From the human T2T-CHM13v2.0 reference genome, Homo sapiens, in the NCBI RefSeq assembly GCF_009914755.1, contig NC_060928.1: a stretch of 64,000 nucleotides of DNA; one strand, written 5' to 3'. A model generated the notes under the pieces. That model searched no databases. It saw only the letters and a list, made by a program, of their open reading frames with translations, and was not told the origin of the DNA. The first letter of the stretch is position 1. Each line of letters opens with the position of its first letter. A program made the position numbers and the translations under genes. Shown here piece by piece: positions 1 to 21,568 of the stretch.

Positions 1-20
1 GAGTGAATACACAAACAGCG

Positions 21-246
21 AGTCATGTGCTGGTAAATGATTTTAATCACAGGTACTCCTGGATAAACAACAAAAAACACAACTCCTGATTTGTAGTGTT
101 TCCAGATTTCTGTGGTGTAAATACTTCTCCCATGACTTAAAGCTATCAAAGTAGTATCATCGAATATTACTTTGTATTCCAGTTGGGAAGAAATGTGCAC
201 AACTGTTTCCTTCTAGGTGGTATAAACAGGCTCTAGAACACAACTG
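21..246. mobile_element. Old hAT-type DNA transposon (MER63-like) remnant
   Basis: Segments 'tttctgtggtgtaaatacttctcccatg' and 'agttgggaagaaatgtgcacaa...ggctctagaacacaactg' resemble recalled MER63 consensus. Confidence 0.5.
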
Positions 247-637
247 GGCCCACTGTTGATTAGTGATATAATCATAGACATACTTTCCCTTACTTACAGG
301 AGTGTGTAACAGATAATTTTAAATAGTCTTGATACTTGGGCAGGTGTGAAGGAGAAACATCTTATAGATGATAATACAAGCTCAAAATAATGAACTTAAG
401 CAAATATTAAAATCCTGTGTGACATAGCACAAGAAACACTACAAACACTGTGCTAATTTATCCCTGTAGCCTTCAGGCAGGCTTCTATTACTCCAAACAG
501 GTGATGTCTCCTTATACAATTCTGGGGGAAATTATTTTACTGCTTACAACATATTATGATGTTACCAGGACTCTCTTGCCAGAACTGTCTTTACAATTTA
601 TGTCAGACATCAAATGTGTTTTTAAAATGTTGCTGTA

Positions 638-3009
<2,372 letters not shown>

Positions 3010-3149
3010 AAAATGTTGCTGTAAAAAATATACCTCAAAAGTATTTAAACAAAGTTTAATCAATTTGTCCTATTTTGGAGTCCACATTGTTTTGCATGTA
3101 TCTCAGAGTCATTATATTTTAAAAGTGTTCATTTTAATTAATTTTGTTT

Positions 3150-3280
3150 TTAAAATTTATTGTGGTAAAATATATATAACATAAAGTTTGCCATTTTAAC
3201 CATTGTAAGTGTACAGTTCAATGGCAATAAGTACATTTACACTATTGTACAACCATACCACCACTCATCTCAGAACTTTA
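3150..3280 (-). mobile_element. Old L1M(B) 3'-end fragment
   Basis: 'ttgtggtaaaatatatataacataaagtttgccattttaaccatt...gtacagttcaatggca' is typical of an L1MB 3' end in antisense. Confidence 0.65.
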
Positions 3281-3756
3281 ATAATTATTTGACATTATTT
3301 GGTTTTGTGTGAAAGAATAGCATTTTGTTGTAGATGATGAAAAAAAGAAAACTATAAAAGAAAATAAAATTATCCAAAGTCTCAACATTCAGAGAAAATT
3401 CAATCCATATTCACCTCATGGCACATATAAAACTATATCGGACTGTTAAATCCATGGTCTAAAAATTTCTCATGTGTTAAAAATCCTGCTGAGTCTAGAA
3501 TTAGATTAAGAATCTGACTGTGTCTAATGAAGTGGTGGAGCTGCAAACCCCAGTTGTCTAATCTGCAGCATTTATTTAATATACCAATGAGGAAACCTCA
3601 ATAAAAATGATTTATGCTCAGAGTGATGAGGCATAGGGAAGAAAGGGTATGCACAATTTCTCATGCTGGACATTTGATTTAGAACTGAACCCTATGATGA
3701 GAGAACTGCAAGTAGAAGATGAAGGAACTTTGGGTATTAAGAAATTGGTAATACAT

Positions 3757-4084
<328 letters not shown>

Positions 4085-4316
4085 GAAATTGGTAATACAT
4101 TTAGCAACATGTAGGGATGAGATATTCTTCCATATTCTATTTAGAATACAATAGGCTTCACAAAAATGTCATGCTGAGGGCAAAGTTTGTAACTTGTGAA
4201 TCTTGCAGATTTGGATGCAATGTGTTAAAAATAGCAATATGGAAAAGGAGATGGCATCCTACTCCAGTGAAATGGTCATACTCTTTATGGAAGTGTTGAC
4301 ATTGCTGTAGAAGTAC

Positions 4317-4685
4317 TGTGTTAGTTTGTTTTCACAAGGCTATAAAGATACTACCCAAGACTGGGTAATTTATAAACAAAGGTTTAGTAGACTCACAGTT
4401 CTGCATGGCCAGGGAGACCTCAGGAAACTTACAGTCATGGCAGAAGAGGAAACAGGCACATCTTACATGGTGGCAGGTGAGACAGAGCAAGCAAGAGCAG
4501 GGAAAACTGTTTTATAAAATCATCAGATCCCACGAGAACTCACTCACTATAGTAAGAACAGCATGGGAGAAACCAGCCCCATAATCCAATCACCTCATAC
4601 CTGGTTCCTCCCTTGACACATAGGGATTATGGGGGTTACAATTCAAAATGAGATTTGTGTGGGGAAACAGAGCCAAACCATACCA
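4317..4685 (-). mobile_element. MaLR solo LTR (MSTA-like)
   Basis: TG...CA ends, 'gagatttgtgtggggaaacagagccaaaccatacca' terminus, 5-bp TSD agtac/agtgc. Confidence 0.85.
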
Positions 4686-5299
4686 AGTGCTAAAGAAGAC
4701 TACTGATAAGTTCTTACCACTATCCTCTCCCCGACTATCCTCACTAGGGACACTGAAATAATTAGGACACTATAGCAAGAAATGGTTTATAAGTAAAAGT
4801 TATGAATCAAAGAAATTTAAATATTCATGTTAACGTTACCATATTTATACACAAGGGCATGGAGACTTGGAAGAATTGTGGCTATATTCAAATATGTAAT
4901 TTTTTATTTCTACATAAAATTTCGTTTTTGGATGCTCTATAATTTGTTAGATCATTTTCTTTTCTTGGGAATTTTAGTTGTTTTCAGTTCTTTGCATTTT
5001 GGTTTGAAAACTATCTTTAAATATGAGTTTTTATTAAAAATCTATTATTATTTCTTAAAAATTAAATCCTGAGTAGAAAAAATGACTCAAAGGATGTATG
5101 AATTGACAATCACCCTCCTAAGAGATTTTTACCAATTTATATCCAAATGTTAGGATAAACTATATAAAATACTAATTGATAATTTTAAACTGTAAAAATT
5201 GCAATTTCATAAAAAATATGTGTAAAAATGCCTGTTTCATTGCATGCTTACCAACCTCTTATCATTTTTCTTACATAAAAAGTGGTATTTCATGGCCTT

Positions 5300-6210
5300 T
5301 TCATTCATTTATTTACTTTTATAATTCATTTATTCATCAATCCAGAGTGCATCCTTACTATGTTCAAACCAGTATGACAGGCATGAGAATGCAAAGGGGA
5401 CTAAGAACATTCAGCCTGCCTTTATGGTACTTACAAGTCTCTTAGACCAAATTATCAACCAAACAGTCTTAAACAGAAACATAAAATTTATATTTCATAA
5501 ATAAATATAAATATGAAAATGTTATGATTGTCATGTGCTATGGGAATCTATAAGGAAACAGCTAATTTATATTGGGAGCATCATGGAAAGTGTCTCTGTA
5601 AAAGTGACGTTTGAACTGTTATCTAAAAGAGGAGTACATTTAGCTAATGAGGAATTGGAAGAAGAGAATTTGAGGGAGAAGGAAAACTGTGTATTCAAAG
5701 ATTTTATGGCAAAAAGATAGGATCATCCATTTATGAACTTGAAAGAGGATCTGAGTGGTTGAAACAGAGATTAGGCCAATTGAATTATCTAATGAAATTT
5801 TACTGGATTAAGAATATTATTCTTCTCATAAGTGCAATGGAAACGTTGTAGGATTCTAAATAGGGGTGTGGAAAATATTTTCTCATGTATGTTTTGAAAA
5901 CATAATTCTGTGTTGCAATATGAACACATTAGGGTAGGTTAAGCCTGGATGCGGGGAGACCAATTAGGCAATTTTAGTAGACCAGAAAAGACATGAGGGT
6001 GGCTTGGAGTAGGGAAGTGGGAGTAAAGGCAGAAAAAATGTAATAGATTTGTGAGTTATTTGAACAACTGGATGAATGCTTGCACTTTTTATTGAAACAC
6101 TGAAAGAGGGAAATATCTGGAGGTAAGATGATGGGTTTTGTGGAATTTAAAGGGCCTTTCAGACATCCAAGTAGAAATGTCAAGGAGGTAACTGAGTATA
6201 CATGACCACA
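5300..6210 (-). mobile_element. L2 LINE fragments
   Basis: ttcattcatt-type L2 terminus followed by purine-rich L2 body motifs (gagaccaattaggc, cagacatccaagtagaaatgtc). Confidence 0.6.
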
Positions 6211-8485
6211 CATCAAAGAAGTGTTACCAATGGAATTTTATATTTGTGAATTATTTGCTTCTTTGAGTTTTAAGCCAAATACATGAATTATCTATTAAAA
6301 AATTGAACTAAATTTTATAGAATAAAACAAGTCTGTATATCCTGATGCTAAAGTATATCTAAGATCTATAATTTGTCAAATAAATGTTTAATAACAGCAT
6401 GTTAATTCATATGACATAATTTTATACTGTTTTAATAAAGGAAATATATCTGTGTATATATACACACACATATATACACAGATATATATAGATATGTATG
6501 TATATAATGTACTATACATGAGTGCATAGGGAGAGAAAGAAAGTACATATAATAAAAAACTGGGGGGAGCATTGCAATGTGGATGTGACGGTCATAGGTT
6601 GGTGATATTTAGAGGGTAGGATAACAATGGGTAAAAGTTAAATTTAACTTTCTAATACTTATATATTTTTGTTTTTTCACTGTGAATGTGTGGCTCTTAC
6701 AATGAATAAGAAAAAATATGTTTAAGTATAAGACTGGGAAGGACGATGAATCAGGATCAGCAACTGGGGACTGGGATAAAATCGATTCCAAGAGCTTTTG
6801 CCATATATTACAACTTTGAGTTATCTGCTTCCCAAGCTATATCCAAAGTTCAAATGAGACAAAAAGATACTTCAGTAGAAAATATGCTTTATCCTTTCTT
6901 GCAGTTTTATCTTTGTATCAAACCAGACCATCTGGAATCTTTGCTCAGATACATGTTTAGTACCTGAAAATGTCGTTCACTGAGTTCCACTCTGGTACCA
7001 TGGCTTTGGCCCACTCGGTGGAATGCTAAATAAAAATACACAGGAAACCTGCTTTTGCATTTATGACAGTGTATTTGAGGATATTTTCTTCTTTTTACTC
7101 ATACAAATAATTCCTTGAAACTCAAGTATCAGAAATTCTTTAGCACTTAAGGAATGTGTATGTACTGTCTTTACAGAGAGTGTAAACAATATTACTAATT
7201 TTACATACTTTTTTGTATAATTATCAAGAGACTCAGAGACATATTTGAAGTTTAACTTTTATAAGAAATTAAGACTGTTTGACCCCAATGTCTACTTTAC
7301 AAATTTACTTTGGCATGACTTCATATATATAACAACCTGGTCTTGTTTTATATTGACGTATTTTTTTCTCCAATCTTAATTTTTTATTCATTTATATTTG
7401 TCTGTTCATTGTATAGATTCTTATGTGTCTATAATTCAGAAGAAAATCAATAAGACACAGTTCCAAGATGGCCAAATAGGAACAGCTCCAGTCTACAGCT
7501 CCCAGTGTGAGCGACGCAGAAGATGGGTGATTTCTGCATTTCCAACTGAGTTACCGGGTTCATCTCACTGGGGTTTGTCAGACAGTGGGTACAGGACAGT
7601 GGGTGCAGCCCACCGAGCGAGAGCCGAGGCAGGGTGAGGCATCGCCTCACCTGGGAAGCACAAGGGGTCAGGGAAGTCCCTTTCCTAGTCAAGGGAAGCT
7701 GTGACAGACGGCACATGGAAAATTGGGTCACTCCCACCCTAATACTGCACTTTTCCAATAGTCTTAGCAAACGGCACACCAGGAGATTATATCCTGCGCC
7801 TGGCTCAGAGGGTCCCACACCCAAGGAGCCTTACTCATTGCTAGCACAGCAGTCTGAGATCGAGCTGCAAGGAGGCAGTGAGGCTGCTGGAGGGGCACCC
7901 GCCATTGCTAAGGCTTGAGTAGGTAAACAAAGCGGCCAGGAAGCTTGAACTGGGTGGAGCCCACTGCAGCTCAAGGAGGCCTGCCTGCCTCTGTAGACTC
8001 CACCTCTGGGGGCAGGGCATAGCTGAACAAAAGGCAGCAGAATCCTCTGCAGACGTAAATGTCCCTGTCTGACAGCTTTGAAGAGAGTAGTGGTTCTCCC
8101 AGCAGGGAGTTTGAGATCTGAGCACGGACAGACTGCCTCCTTAAGTGGGTCCTTGACCCCTGAGTAGCCTAAATGGGAGGTACCCCTCCAGTAGGGGCAG
8201 ACTGACACCTCAAACAGCCAGGTACCACTCTGAGATGAAGCTTCCAGAGGAACGATCATTCCAGCAGCAACATTTGCTGTTCAACAATATTTGCTGTTCT
8301 GCAGCCTCCACTGCTGATACCCTGGCAAACAGGGTCTGGAGTGGACCTCCAGCAAACACCAACAGACCTGCAGCTGAGGGTCCTGACTGTTAGAAGGAAA
8401 ACTAACAAATAGAAAGGACATCCGCACCAAAACCCCATCTGTATGTCACCATCATCAAAGAGCAAAGGTAGATAAAACCACAAAG

Positions 8486-9502
8486 ATGGGGAAAAAACAG
8501 AGCAGAAAAGCTGAAAATTCCAAAAATCGGAGCACCTCTCCCCCTCCAAAGGAAAGCAGCTCCTCGCTAGCAATGGAACAAAGCTGGATGGAGAATGACT
8601 TTGACAAGTTGAGAGAAGAAGCCTTCAGATGATCAAACTTCTCTGAGCTAAAGGAGGAAGTTTGAACCCATCGCAAAGAAGCTGAAAACCTTGAGAAAAG
8701 ATTAGACAAATGGCTAACTAGAATAACCAGTGTAGAGAAGTCCTTAAATGACCTGATAGAGGTGAAAGCCATGGCACGAGAACTATGTGACAAATGCACA
8801 AGCTTCAGTAGCCGATTTGATTAACTGGAAGAAAGGGTATCAGTGATTGAAGATCAAATTAATGAAATGAAGCAAGAAGAGAAGTTTAGAGAAAAAAGAA
8901 TAAAAAGAAATGAACAAAGCCTCCAAGAAATATGGGACTATGTGAAAAGACCAAATCTACCTCTGATTGGTGTACCTGCAAGTGACGGGGAGAATGGAAC
9001 CAAGTTGGAAAACACTCTGCAGGATATTATCCAGGAGAATTTCCCCAACCTACCAACGCAGGCCAACATTCAAATTCAGGAAATACAGAGAATGCCACAA
9101 AGATACTCCTCGAGAAGAGCAACTCCAAGACGCATAATCGTCAGATTCACCAAAGTTGAAATGAAGGAAAAAATGTTAAGGGCAGCCAGAGAGAAAGGTC
9201 GGGTTACCCACAAAGGAAAGCCCATCAGACTAACAGCGGATCTCTTGGCAGAAACTCTACAGGCCAGAAGAGAGTGGGGGCCAATATTCAACATTCTTAA
9301 AGAAAAGAATTTTCAACCTAGAATTTCATATCCAGCCAAACTAAGCTTCATAAGTGAAGGAGAAATAAAATCCTTTACAGACAAGCAAATGCTGAGAGAT
9401 TTTGTCACCACTAGGCCTGCCCTAAAAGAGCTCCTGAAGGAAGCACTAAAAATAGAAAGGAGCAACTGGTAGCAGCCATTGCAAAAACATGCCAAATTGT
9501 AA
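8486..9502 (+). pseudogene. L1 ORF1p, disrupted
   Basis: ATGGGGAAAAAACAG start; RRM/CTD peptides (YVKRPNL, ARREWGPIF, YPAKLSF); premature stops near 8664 and at 9470-9472. Confidence 0.9.
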
Positions 9503-9565
9503 AGACCATCAATGCCAGGAAGAAACTGCATCAACTAACGAGCAAAATAACCAGCTAACATCATA

Positions 9566-13354
<3,789 letters not shown>

Positions 13355-13609
13355 ACAATGAGAACACATGGACACAGGAAGGGGAACATCACACACTGGG
13401 GCCTGTCATGGGGTGGGGGGAGGGGGGAGGGATAGCATTAGGAAATATACCTAATGTAAATGACGAGTTAATGGGTGCAGCACAGCAACATGGCACATGT
13501 ATACATACGTGACAAACCTGCACATTGTGCACATGTACCCTGGAACTTAAAGTATAATAATAATAATAATAAGGAAAAAAAAGACAGAAAATCAATTAGA
13601 CAGAAAAAA

Positions 13610-14000
13610 ATAGGAGCTCTTCAATCACAGTGGAAAATAAAGTCATGGTTCTGGATGAGATTGGTTGGGGACAGGAAATAAAGAAGAAGAAAACAGGCCC
13701 AGAACTTAGTATAAAGCAACTTTTGCATTTAATCATTATGTATAGGCAGAGATTCAGAAATACAGCCAAAGAAGAGAGGCTAAGGAGGAAGGATATCAGA
13801 AAAGTTGGAAGCCGAGAGGTGAGACTTCTAGGCAGTAGCCACCTGTGAGGAATATTGCTCATGGGTCAAAGAAGTCAAGGACTGAAATGTCCACTGGATT
13901 TCTCAGTGTGGCTCTTTGGACAGTGTTGGGAAAATAATGAGATTTGAGTGGCTTTAAGAGCAAATAGCACATAAGGAAATGAAAATATGGGATATAAGCA
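13610..14000 (-). mobile_element. L2 fragment
   Basis: Degenerate L2 motifs (ggatgagatt, aggactgaaatgtccactggatt). Confidence 0.45.
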
Positions 14001-15100
14001 AATGATACTTTCATGCTTGTTAGACATTTTTCTTTTTTTTGGATTTTGTTTATGTCTTTTGTTCTTTTTACACTGGGGATATACTTTTTCTTTAATAAAT
14101 AAGAATATGTTATATATTAAGGATTTTTATGCCTGTTAAATATGCCATAAATTCTTGTTTGACATACACTTTTCTGTTGTGGTTAATATAACCTTGATAT
14201 CAGCCGGAGTTCAGCTAGTTATAAAAGAGCAACCTCTGATTACATATGATTCTGTGATAATCTTATTACCCATTCAATTAATATATATTTATTGCTTTCA
14301 CTATACGCTCACAATTTTATAAGAATTGGCACTATAATTTTAACTGAACTTTGACAACTCACTAGAGCAGTAATTTTAGTGGATGCAAATGGGATATTTT
14401 AAAATTATTGAATGAGAATTACAAATTTTAGAAAGAGCCAAACAGTTATGATAAGTTTCCTGAAAGTTAATTTTACCATAGTTTTAGTTACTATTTTGTA
14501 AATAATTCAAAAATATGTAACAGTTGATCTTAGGCTAAAAAGTTCATCATTTGCGGTAACTAGTGATAGTGAGTCAAGTATAACTATAACACTAATAAAG
14601 AGTATTAACTGCATGGAAAGTGACTTTTCCTAGAGTGCAGAGAAAGGATATTGCACTTGGTACTCAAATTAAAGACCGAAAAAGGATTTTTTAAAAATTT
14701 AGCAGAGTTCATATCTATAATGTTGGTAATGATGCAAAATTTACCACAATACATTTAGATAATCTGTTACTAGATTAAGACCTCAGTATTTCTCATGACT
14801 CTATATTTTTATTCGTTCAGAATAATTTTCAAAAGCTCTTCCTAGAGGATCTTTGAGTACTTTGCATAAATTAGGTTTATGTAAAAGTGAAATAGAAGAT
14901 TACCAAATAAATTAAAAACAACAAAGGGTAGCATAGAAGACCAATTTTTATCTACTTGGCCATTACTATTCTTACACAGTTTTGTTGAACGCTCCTTTTA
15001 ATAATTATTCATGTAAGGTATGCCACTGGATTTACAGAACAACTTTTTTGCTATCTTTCTTAAAGCTTTTGAACAATTAGATAAAACAGTAATTACTCTT

Positions 15101-15514
15101 TGATATGGTTTGGATCTGTGTCTCCACCCAAATCTCATGTCGAATTGTAATCCCCAATGTTGGAAGTGGGGCCTGGAGAGAGGTGATTGGATCATGGGGT
15201 GGATCTTTCATGAATGGTGAAGCACCATGCTCTTGGTGCTGTCTCCTGATAGAGTTCTTGTGAGATCTGGTTGTTCAGATGTGTGTAGCACATTCTCTCT
15301 CTCACTCTTGGTCCTGTTCCTGCCTGCCATTTAAGACTACTGCTCCTGCTTTGTCTTCTGTCATGATTGTAAGTTTCCTGAGACCTCTCCAGAAGCAGAA
15401 GCCATTATGCTTCCTGTATAGCCTGGGGAACCATGGGCCAGTTAAACCTCTTTTCTTTATCAATTACCCAGTCTCAGGTATATCTTTATAGCAATGTGAG
15501 AACAGACTAACACA
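15101..15514 (+). mobile_element. MaLR solo LTR (MSTB)
   Basis: tgatatggtttggatctgtg...aacagactaacaca; MSTB segment gaagcagaagcc..tatgcttcctgta. Confidence 0.88.
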
Positions 15515-15949
15515 CTCCCTTAAGGTTTACAAGAAACAGTGTATGTGGTTTAAAAAAATATTTAATTAAATACTCAGATCAATACTGGATCATATGCCCT
15601 GAAATTTTCATTTACTATATGTTATAATAAAACTTCCTATAATTTCTAACCTAATCTCAAAGCATGTGCTTAGAAAATGAAAGAAAATATGTAACTATTT
15701 TCTAATATGACCATACATCAAGTACTATATGCCGTAAATGAATGGAAATCAAAATATTTGTATTGTAATAACTGTTCTATTAATAATTTTCTACCTTCTA
15801 CTTTCTCAAGTAAAACATAGAATATATATATATGTAAGATATGTTATATATACATGTAAGATAAACAGTTTAAACTAGTACTAAATTCTAATTTGATTAA
15901 AGGTAATGACTTTGTCTAATCAAACCCTGCAGTCATCACAACTTGTTAG

Positions 15950-16100
15950 GTGTCATAATAGTGTAGAGGTGAAGAGAATCACTGGCCCTGGAGCTAACTG
16001 CAGTGATTTGAATCTTGACTGTACTGCATAATCTTGGAAAAGCTTATCATCTTTGAGGCAAGTGTTACATTTATATGTTATTTTTCAAAATGGCAAATTG
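15950..16100 (+). mobile_element. MIR fragment
   Basis: 'gtgaagagaatcactggccctggagc...tttgaatcttgact...aatcttggaaaagcttat' resembles the MIR core. Confidence 0.5.
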
Positions 16101-16151
16101 GGGAAGGATGGTGGAGAGAAAAGCAACTCTTCACTGACAAATAATTTTATC

Positions 16152-16152
<1 letters not shown>

Positions 16153-16192
<40 letters not shown>
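16153..16192. repeat. (TG)20 microsatellite
   Basis: Perfect TG run. Confidence 0.97.
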
Positions 16193-16194
<2 letters not shown>

Positions 16195-16870
16195 GGAGGT
16201 ATAGGGGTGAGGAGACAGGTACTGGTAGTGGTAAAGTAGACTTCTAGGCAAGAAGGAAATGTGTAGAACTAGAAGATGGATTTCTGGCAAATTAGAAAAC
16301 AGTTTCGCAGGACTTTGTAGCAAATCAGAAGTTAATGTGCTTCAGAATAAGACCAGAACTGGTGATCTCACAGTCAAATCTAGTAAACTTACTAATATTA
16401 TTTAAATCGTGAAAATAGAAAGTAAGTAATTTTTCCAGTACAAAATGAGTGCTGAACACTTCAAGGAAAACTCAATGCCTTTTATTATAACAATTGTGTG
16501 ACCATTAGCTTAAGGTTCTCCATTTGTAAGATACAGGCGTTCATTGAGGGAATATCTGTCATTTCTCAGAGTCATAAGAGGCTGCAACCATTTTGCTACA
16601 GCTGAACAAAAGCCATATGTGCCCAAGTCAAAGTTGCAATTATTTTCAAGATCACGGGTCTTTTGATTTTAGGCACAGGAACAAAGCGAATTGAATATAT
16701 TTTCCATTTAGGCTAGGTTGATATAATTCAGTTTATATTCAGTGGGGATAGAAAACACTCAAAATTAAATAATTGAAGTTTTCACACTTCAATTGTAGTC
16801 TAAATTGGGAAATATATACTGTTTACTATATTCTTAGCTAAATGAGTCAGTAAGTCCATGCAGAAGGCAC

Positions 16871-17009
16871 CATGATTCAGTGTCAACCTCAGAAAGGTTT
16901 TCTTTAACTTATAAAATATATCCTATAAAATGATGGAAAATACCACATCATTCAGGTGTCAACCTCAGAAGCGTTTTCTTTAACCTATAAAATGACTGAA
17001 AACAGCACA
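16871..17009. repeat. Diverged two-copy tandem duplication (~65-75 bp unit)
   Basis: cat(g/c)attcag(g)tgtcaacctcagaa..gttttctttaac.tataaaat occurs twice. Confidence 0.85.
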
Positions 17010-19063
17010 GGGTCAGTTTTTACAGTTCATGTTTGATAAGACACCAATGCAGAAAGATTGGTAAACTATTGGACTGGTAATCTATTGAGAGTTTTAATAA
17101 TTGTTGTATTTTGTATACTTTTTGATTCTAAAAACTATTTTAAACAAGATTTCTGTATTTCTGTTTTTTTTTAATCAACTGTCTGCTCAAATAAGAACAT
17201 TCTTTTAAATAATAATTTTAAAAGAGATTTTCAGTACTCGAACTGAGTATGCTTCAGATTTTATAGCATATTGTATACTCTAAATTTGTTAATAGTTTTA
17301 ATGATTAATGCTTTACACAAAGAAATAGTAAAGATTAATAGTAAAGTATTCATTAATTCAAACCAATGACTGTAATAAGATAGCACTAAATGATTATTTA
17401 AAATAACTCCAAGACAATCCCATAAATGTTGGCAGGAAGAAATTGGAAAGAGAAAAATACAACCTTTTTTTCCCCTTCAAATTGAAATACAGATTTCACA
17501 TGCACTAAAATTTTCTTCAAAGTTCATATTGCATGATTAATCTTTCAAGAAGACTGTAAGAATTTTATAACATTATATGCTAATACCTCTCCCCCTAATC
17601 AAAACATCAAAAAACATATACTATAAGAAATAAAAAGAAAAACAAACAAAGCAAAACAAGCAAGGAAGCTGCTCAAACAAAAGGAACACTTAACTTCTAT
17701 CTTGGTGTAGTAAGATTAGAGGCAATTTCACTTATTTCCCAACTGGAGTCTGATTTTTTTTTCATTCTTTGCACTCCTATACATAGTAGTAATGAAGGGG
17801 TGCATATGTGTGGATAATCAGAGATAAAGGAGAAAGGGAAGATTGACGATTTTAGAGGCTTTTTAAAAAGTGTGATTTTGTGTTTATTTATTCTAGTTAG
17901 TGGCTACTAACCTCTGCTCCTTTAATTTAATCCTTTGAGCCTGGCACATGAAAATATTTTCTAGAGATATATGTTACTAATACCTCAGTGCTCAGTATTT
18001 CAAAATAGTAAACACAGAGGATGAACTTACAGAAATAACCTGTTTTTTCTTATTTTTTTATTATAATGGCAACTGAAATGTCATAAGAATTAATATTTAT
18101 CTCCATTTTATTTTGATATGTTTGTTAATGTTTAAAAATAATCTTTGCATGAATAAGAACATTGAGACTTCAAGTTAAAGTGAAATCACCCTCATGTATC
18201 CCCCATGCAACTGCCTTTCACAAAGCTGAGACTGAAATCAACTGCTATTGATTTTCACCACAAAGTTGAATTAAAGTGAAGCCAGCCTTCAATAACAGGT
18301 AGGGATTCACCATTGTATTTCCACAAATACCTATACTTCATAATGTTCAATATGAGAAGGCAAAGGCACATAGAGTTTTTAAAAATTTGGTTACACACTT
18401 GCAGACACAGGGTTTACTCAGTTCATAGCCTCTGCAGATTACTGGAAATTAAATCTAATCTGAGATGTGGTGGAAACTGCTAGTTTACAGTAGTTTTTTG
18501 GAGAGTGTGTGTGGTCTTTGCTAGTTCTTGGTGACTGGGAGACCAAACCAGTGTTGGCCTTGGGGCAAGACTAGGGAATAGGGAAGGATGAGGATGAGGA
18601 ACAGACAGAAGAGGGAAGGGTGGAGGGGCGACTCATTTACCATTTCTCTGCCAGAATAGTGACTGACAGAGAGAAGGAAGGCCAAAAAGTGCACTTTACA
18701 GATGACATAAATTTTGTTCAAAAGTCATTTGAGAAAGTTTGCTGGTACTTAAACGTTTCTAGCTAAGTTTGCCCTACTTGGAAGGGCATTTTCACCTGTC
18801 CCTCATTCACCTTCTTCAGTCCCTCTAGATATCCTTAATAAGGCTCAATGATTTAGAGCTTGAGTGTTGGAGGCCACGGAAGCAGAAACTTGTTCAGCCA
18901 CTCGAGGGCTACAAATGGGTTAGTGTCCTCCTTTCAGCAAAAATTCTTAGTCTCTTTACTTTTATAGACCCCGTTACGTTACTATTTCCTTTGTAATCTT
19001 ATCCCACCGCCCAGTTCTTTTCTTTCCCTTCTCCCTCTTTCCTCTCTGTCTGTCCTCTCCTCA

Positions 19064-20110
<1,047 letters not shown>

Positions 20111-21227
20111 GGCTGCACTCCCTCAGCTGTAATTAAAATCTTTCCAAGATTGTTTGCCTTCTTTTAACTTCAGGATATCTTGCTGAGGTCCCTGTTCTCA
20201 AACATGTATTGGGGACCATTCCTTCCTGCACAAATTAACCATTCACTCATGAGGCAAGGGCAAGATCCTGTTGATTTTTCGGAGAGTGCATGAGTGTAGA
20301 CTGCTGCAGGCTGTGGGCACAGTCAGCCGCAAACGTTTTTAGGTGTCCCTGGGTTTTGAATTTCATTCAACTTTTCTGCTCTGGTGTTTATATTCTCTCA
20401 TCTCAGATTCCTTTTCCTCTCGCTCCCACTTTCCATATCCACCCATTTTCTCTCTTCCTGTACCTCTATCACTAGAAATCCGTCCCTCTGACCCCATTCC
20501 CAGCAGGCAGCTGGAGACTCTGGATTCTCCTGGAGGATTCTGCTCAGGTTGGAATGTCATAGCACACTAAGGGTAAATCGCAAATCCCAAGGAGTACATT
20601 TTCTTGAAACACGACAACGAGACAGATCTCTACATTTCCCTGGGTTGAACGTAGCCAGTAAGCACTGTGAATACACGCTCTTGGTTACAGGGTTCTGGAT
20701 ATATGGTGCCTTAGTTTTCAGGGCTTGACCATGAGGACACACTGATGAGAATACCGTAACTGAACAAATACTTGGGTTTTCCGGGAAGACAGGCAGGACC
20801 TGATTTCTGAGCTTTGCTTGAGAATAAGTGAGCTAAAGTGCTCGGTGGATTGCAAGCTGGAAGGACATAGTCTGTGCTTAGACCAATCTCAGGAAATTTA
20901 GCAAGAGGTTCCAGAGCCGAAACTCCTTTGTTAGCATCCTGGGGGCATGTGTATAAATTTAGGGTTAAATATATATTTAGCAACCTACTGGATATACGTG
21001 AACTGTTTGAACCTCTCTTGTCATTTAAAAATGAGTTTTTAAAGAAATCTCATTTACAGTATAATTATATGATAGTTTCTACAGACTTCCCTCAACAACA
21101 GCAGGCCGGAGGAAACACTCTTCCCTCTAGTTATCATTGTGTATTACATCTAAACATGTTTAGGTGAAAGGGATTTGATCAACAAGTTTAACAAGAGAAG
21201 GTAACTTGTGATTTGTACATATTCTGC

Positions 21228-21568
21228 TTTTTCCTTTTCTTTTTTTTTTTTTTTTTTTCCTAGTTCTGTCACCCAGGCTGGAATGCAGTGGTGCAATCAT
21301 AGCTCACTGCAGCCTTCAACTCCTGGCTCAAGTGATCCTTCCCCACCTCAGCTTCCTGAGTAGCTAGTACTACAGGCATGTGCCACCAGTGCCACCACAC
21401 CCAGCTAATTTAAATTTTTTGTTGTTGTTGTTGTTGCGACATGGTCTGGCGATGTTGTTCAGCCTGGTCTCCAACTCCTGGCCTTAAGCAATCTTCCCAG
21501 CTCGGCCTCCCAAAAGGCTGGACCTCCAGCAATGCTGGGATTACAGGCATGAGCCACTGTGTCTGGCC
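21228..21568 (-). mobile_element. AluJ with small internal duplications
   Basis: Poly-T then antisense Alu (aatcatagctcactgcagcc, J-type); gtgccacca duplicated. Confidence 0.88.

Noticed and set aside
6445-6520. TA/CA-rich tract
   Set aside because: Ordinary degenerate microsatellite
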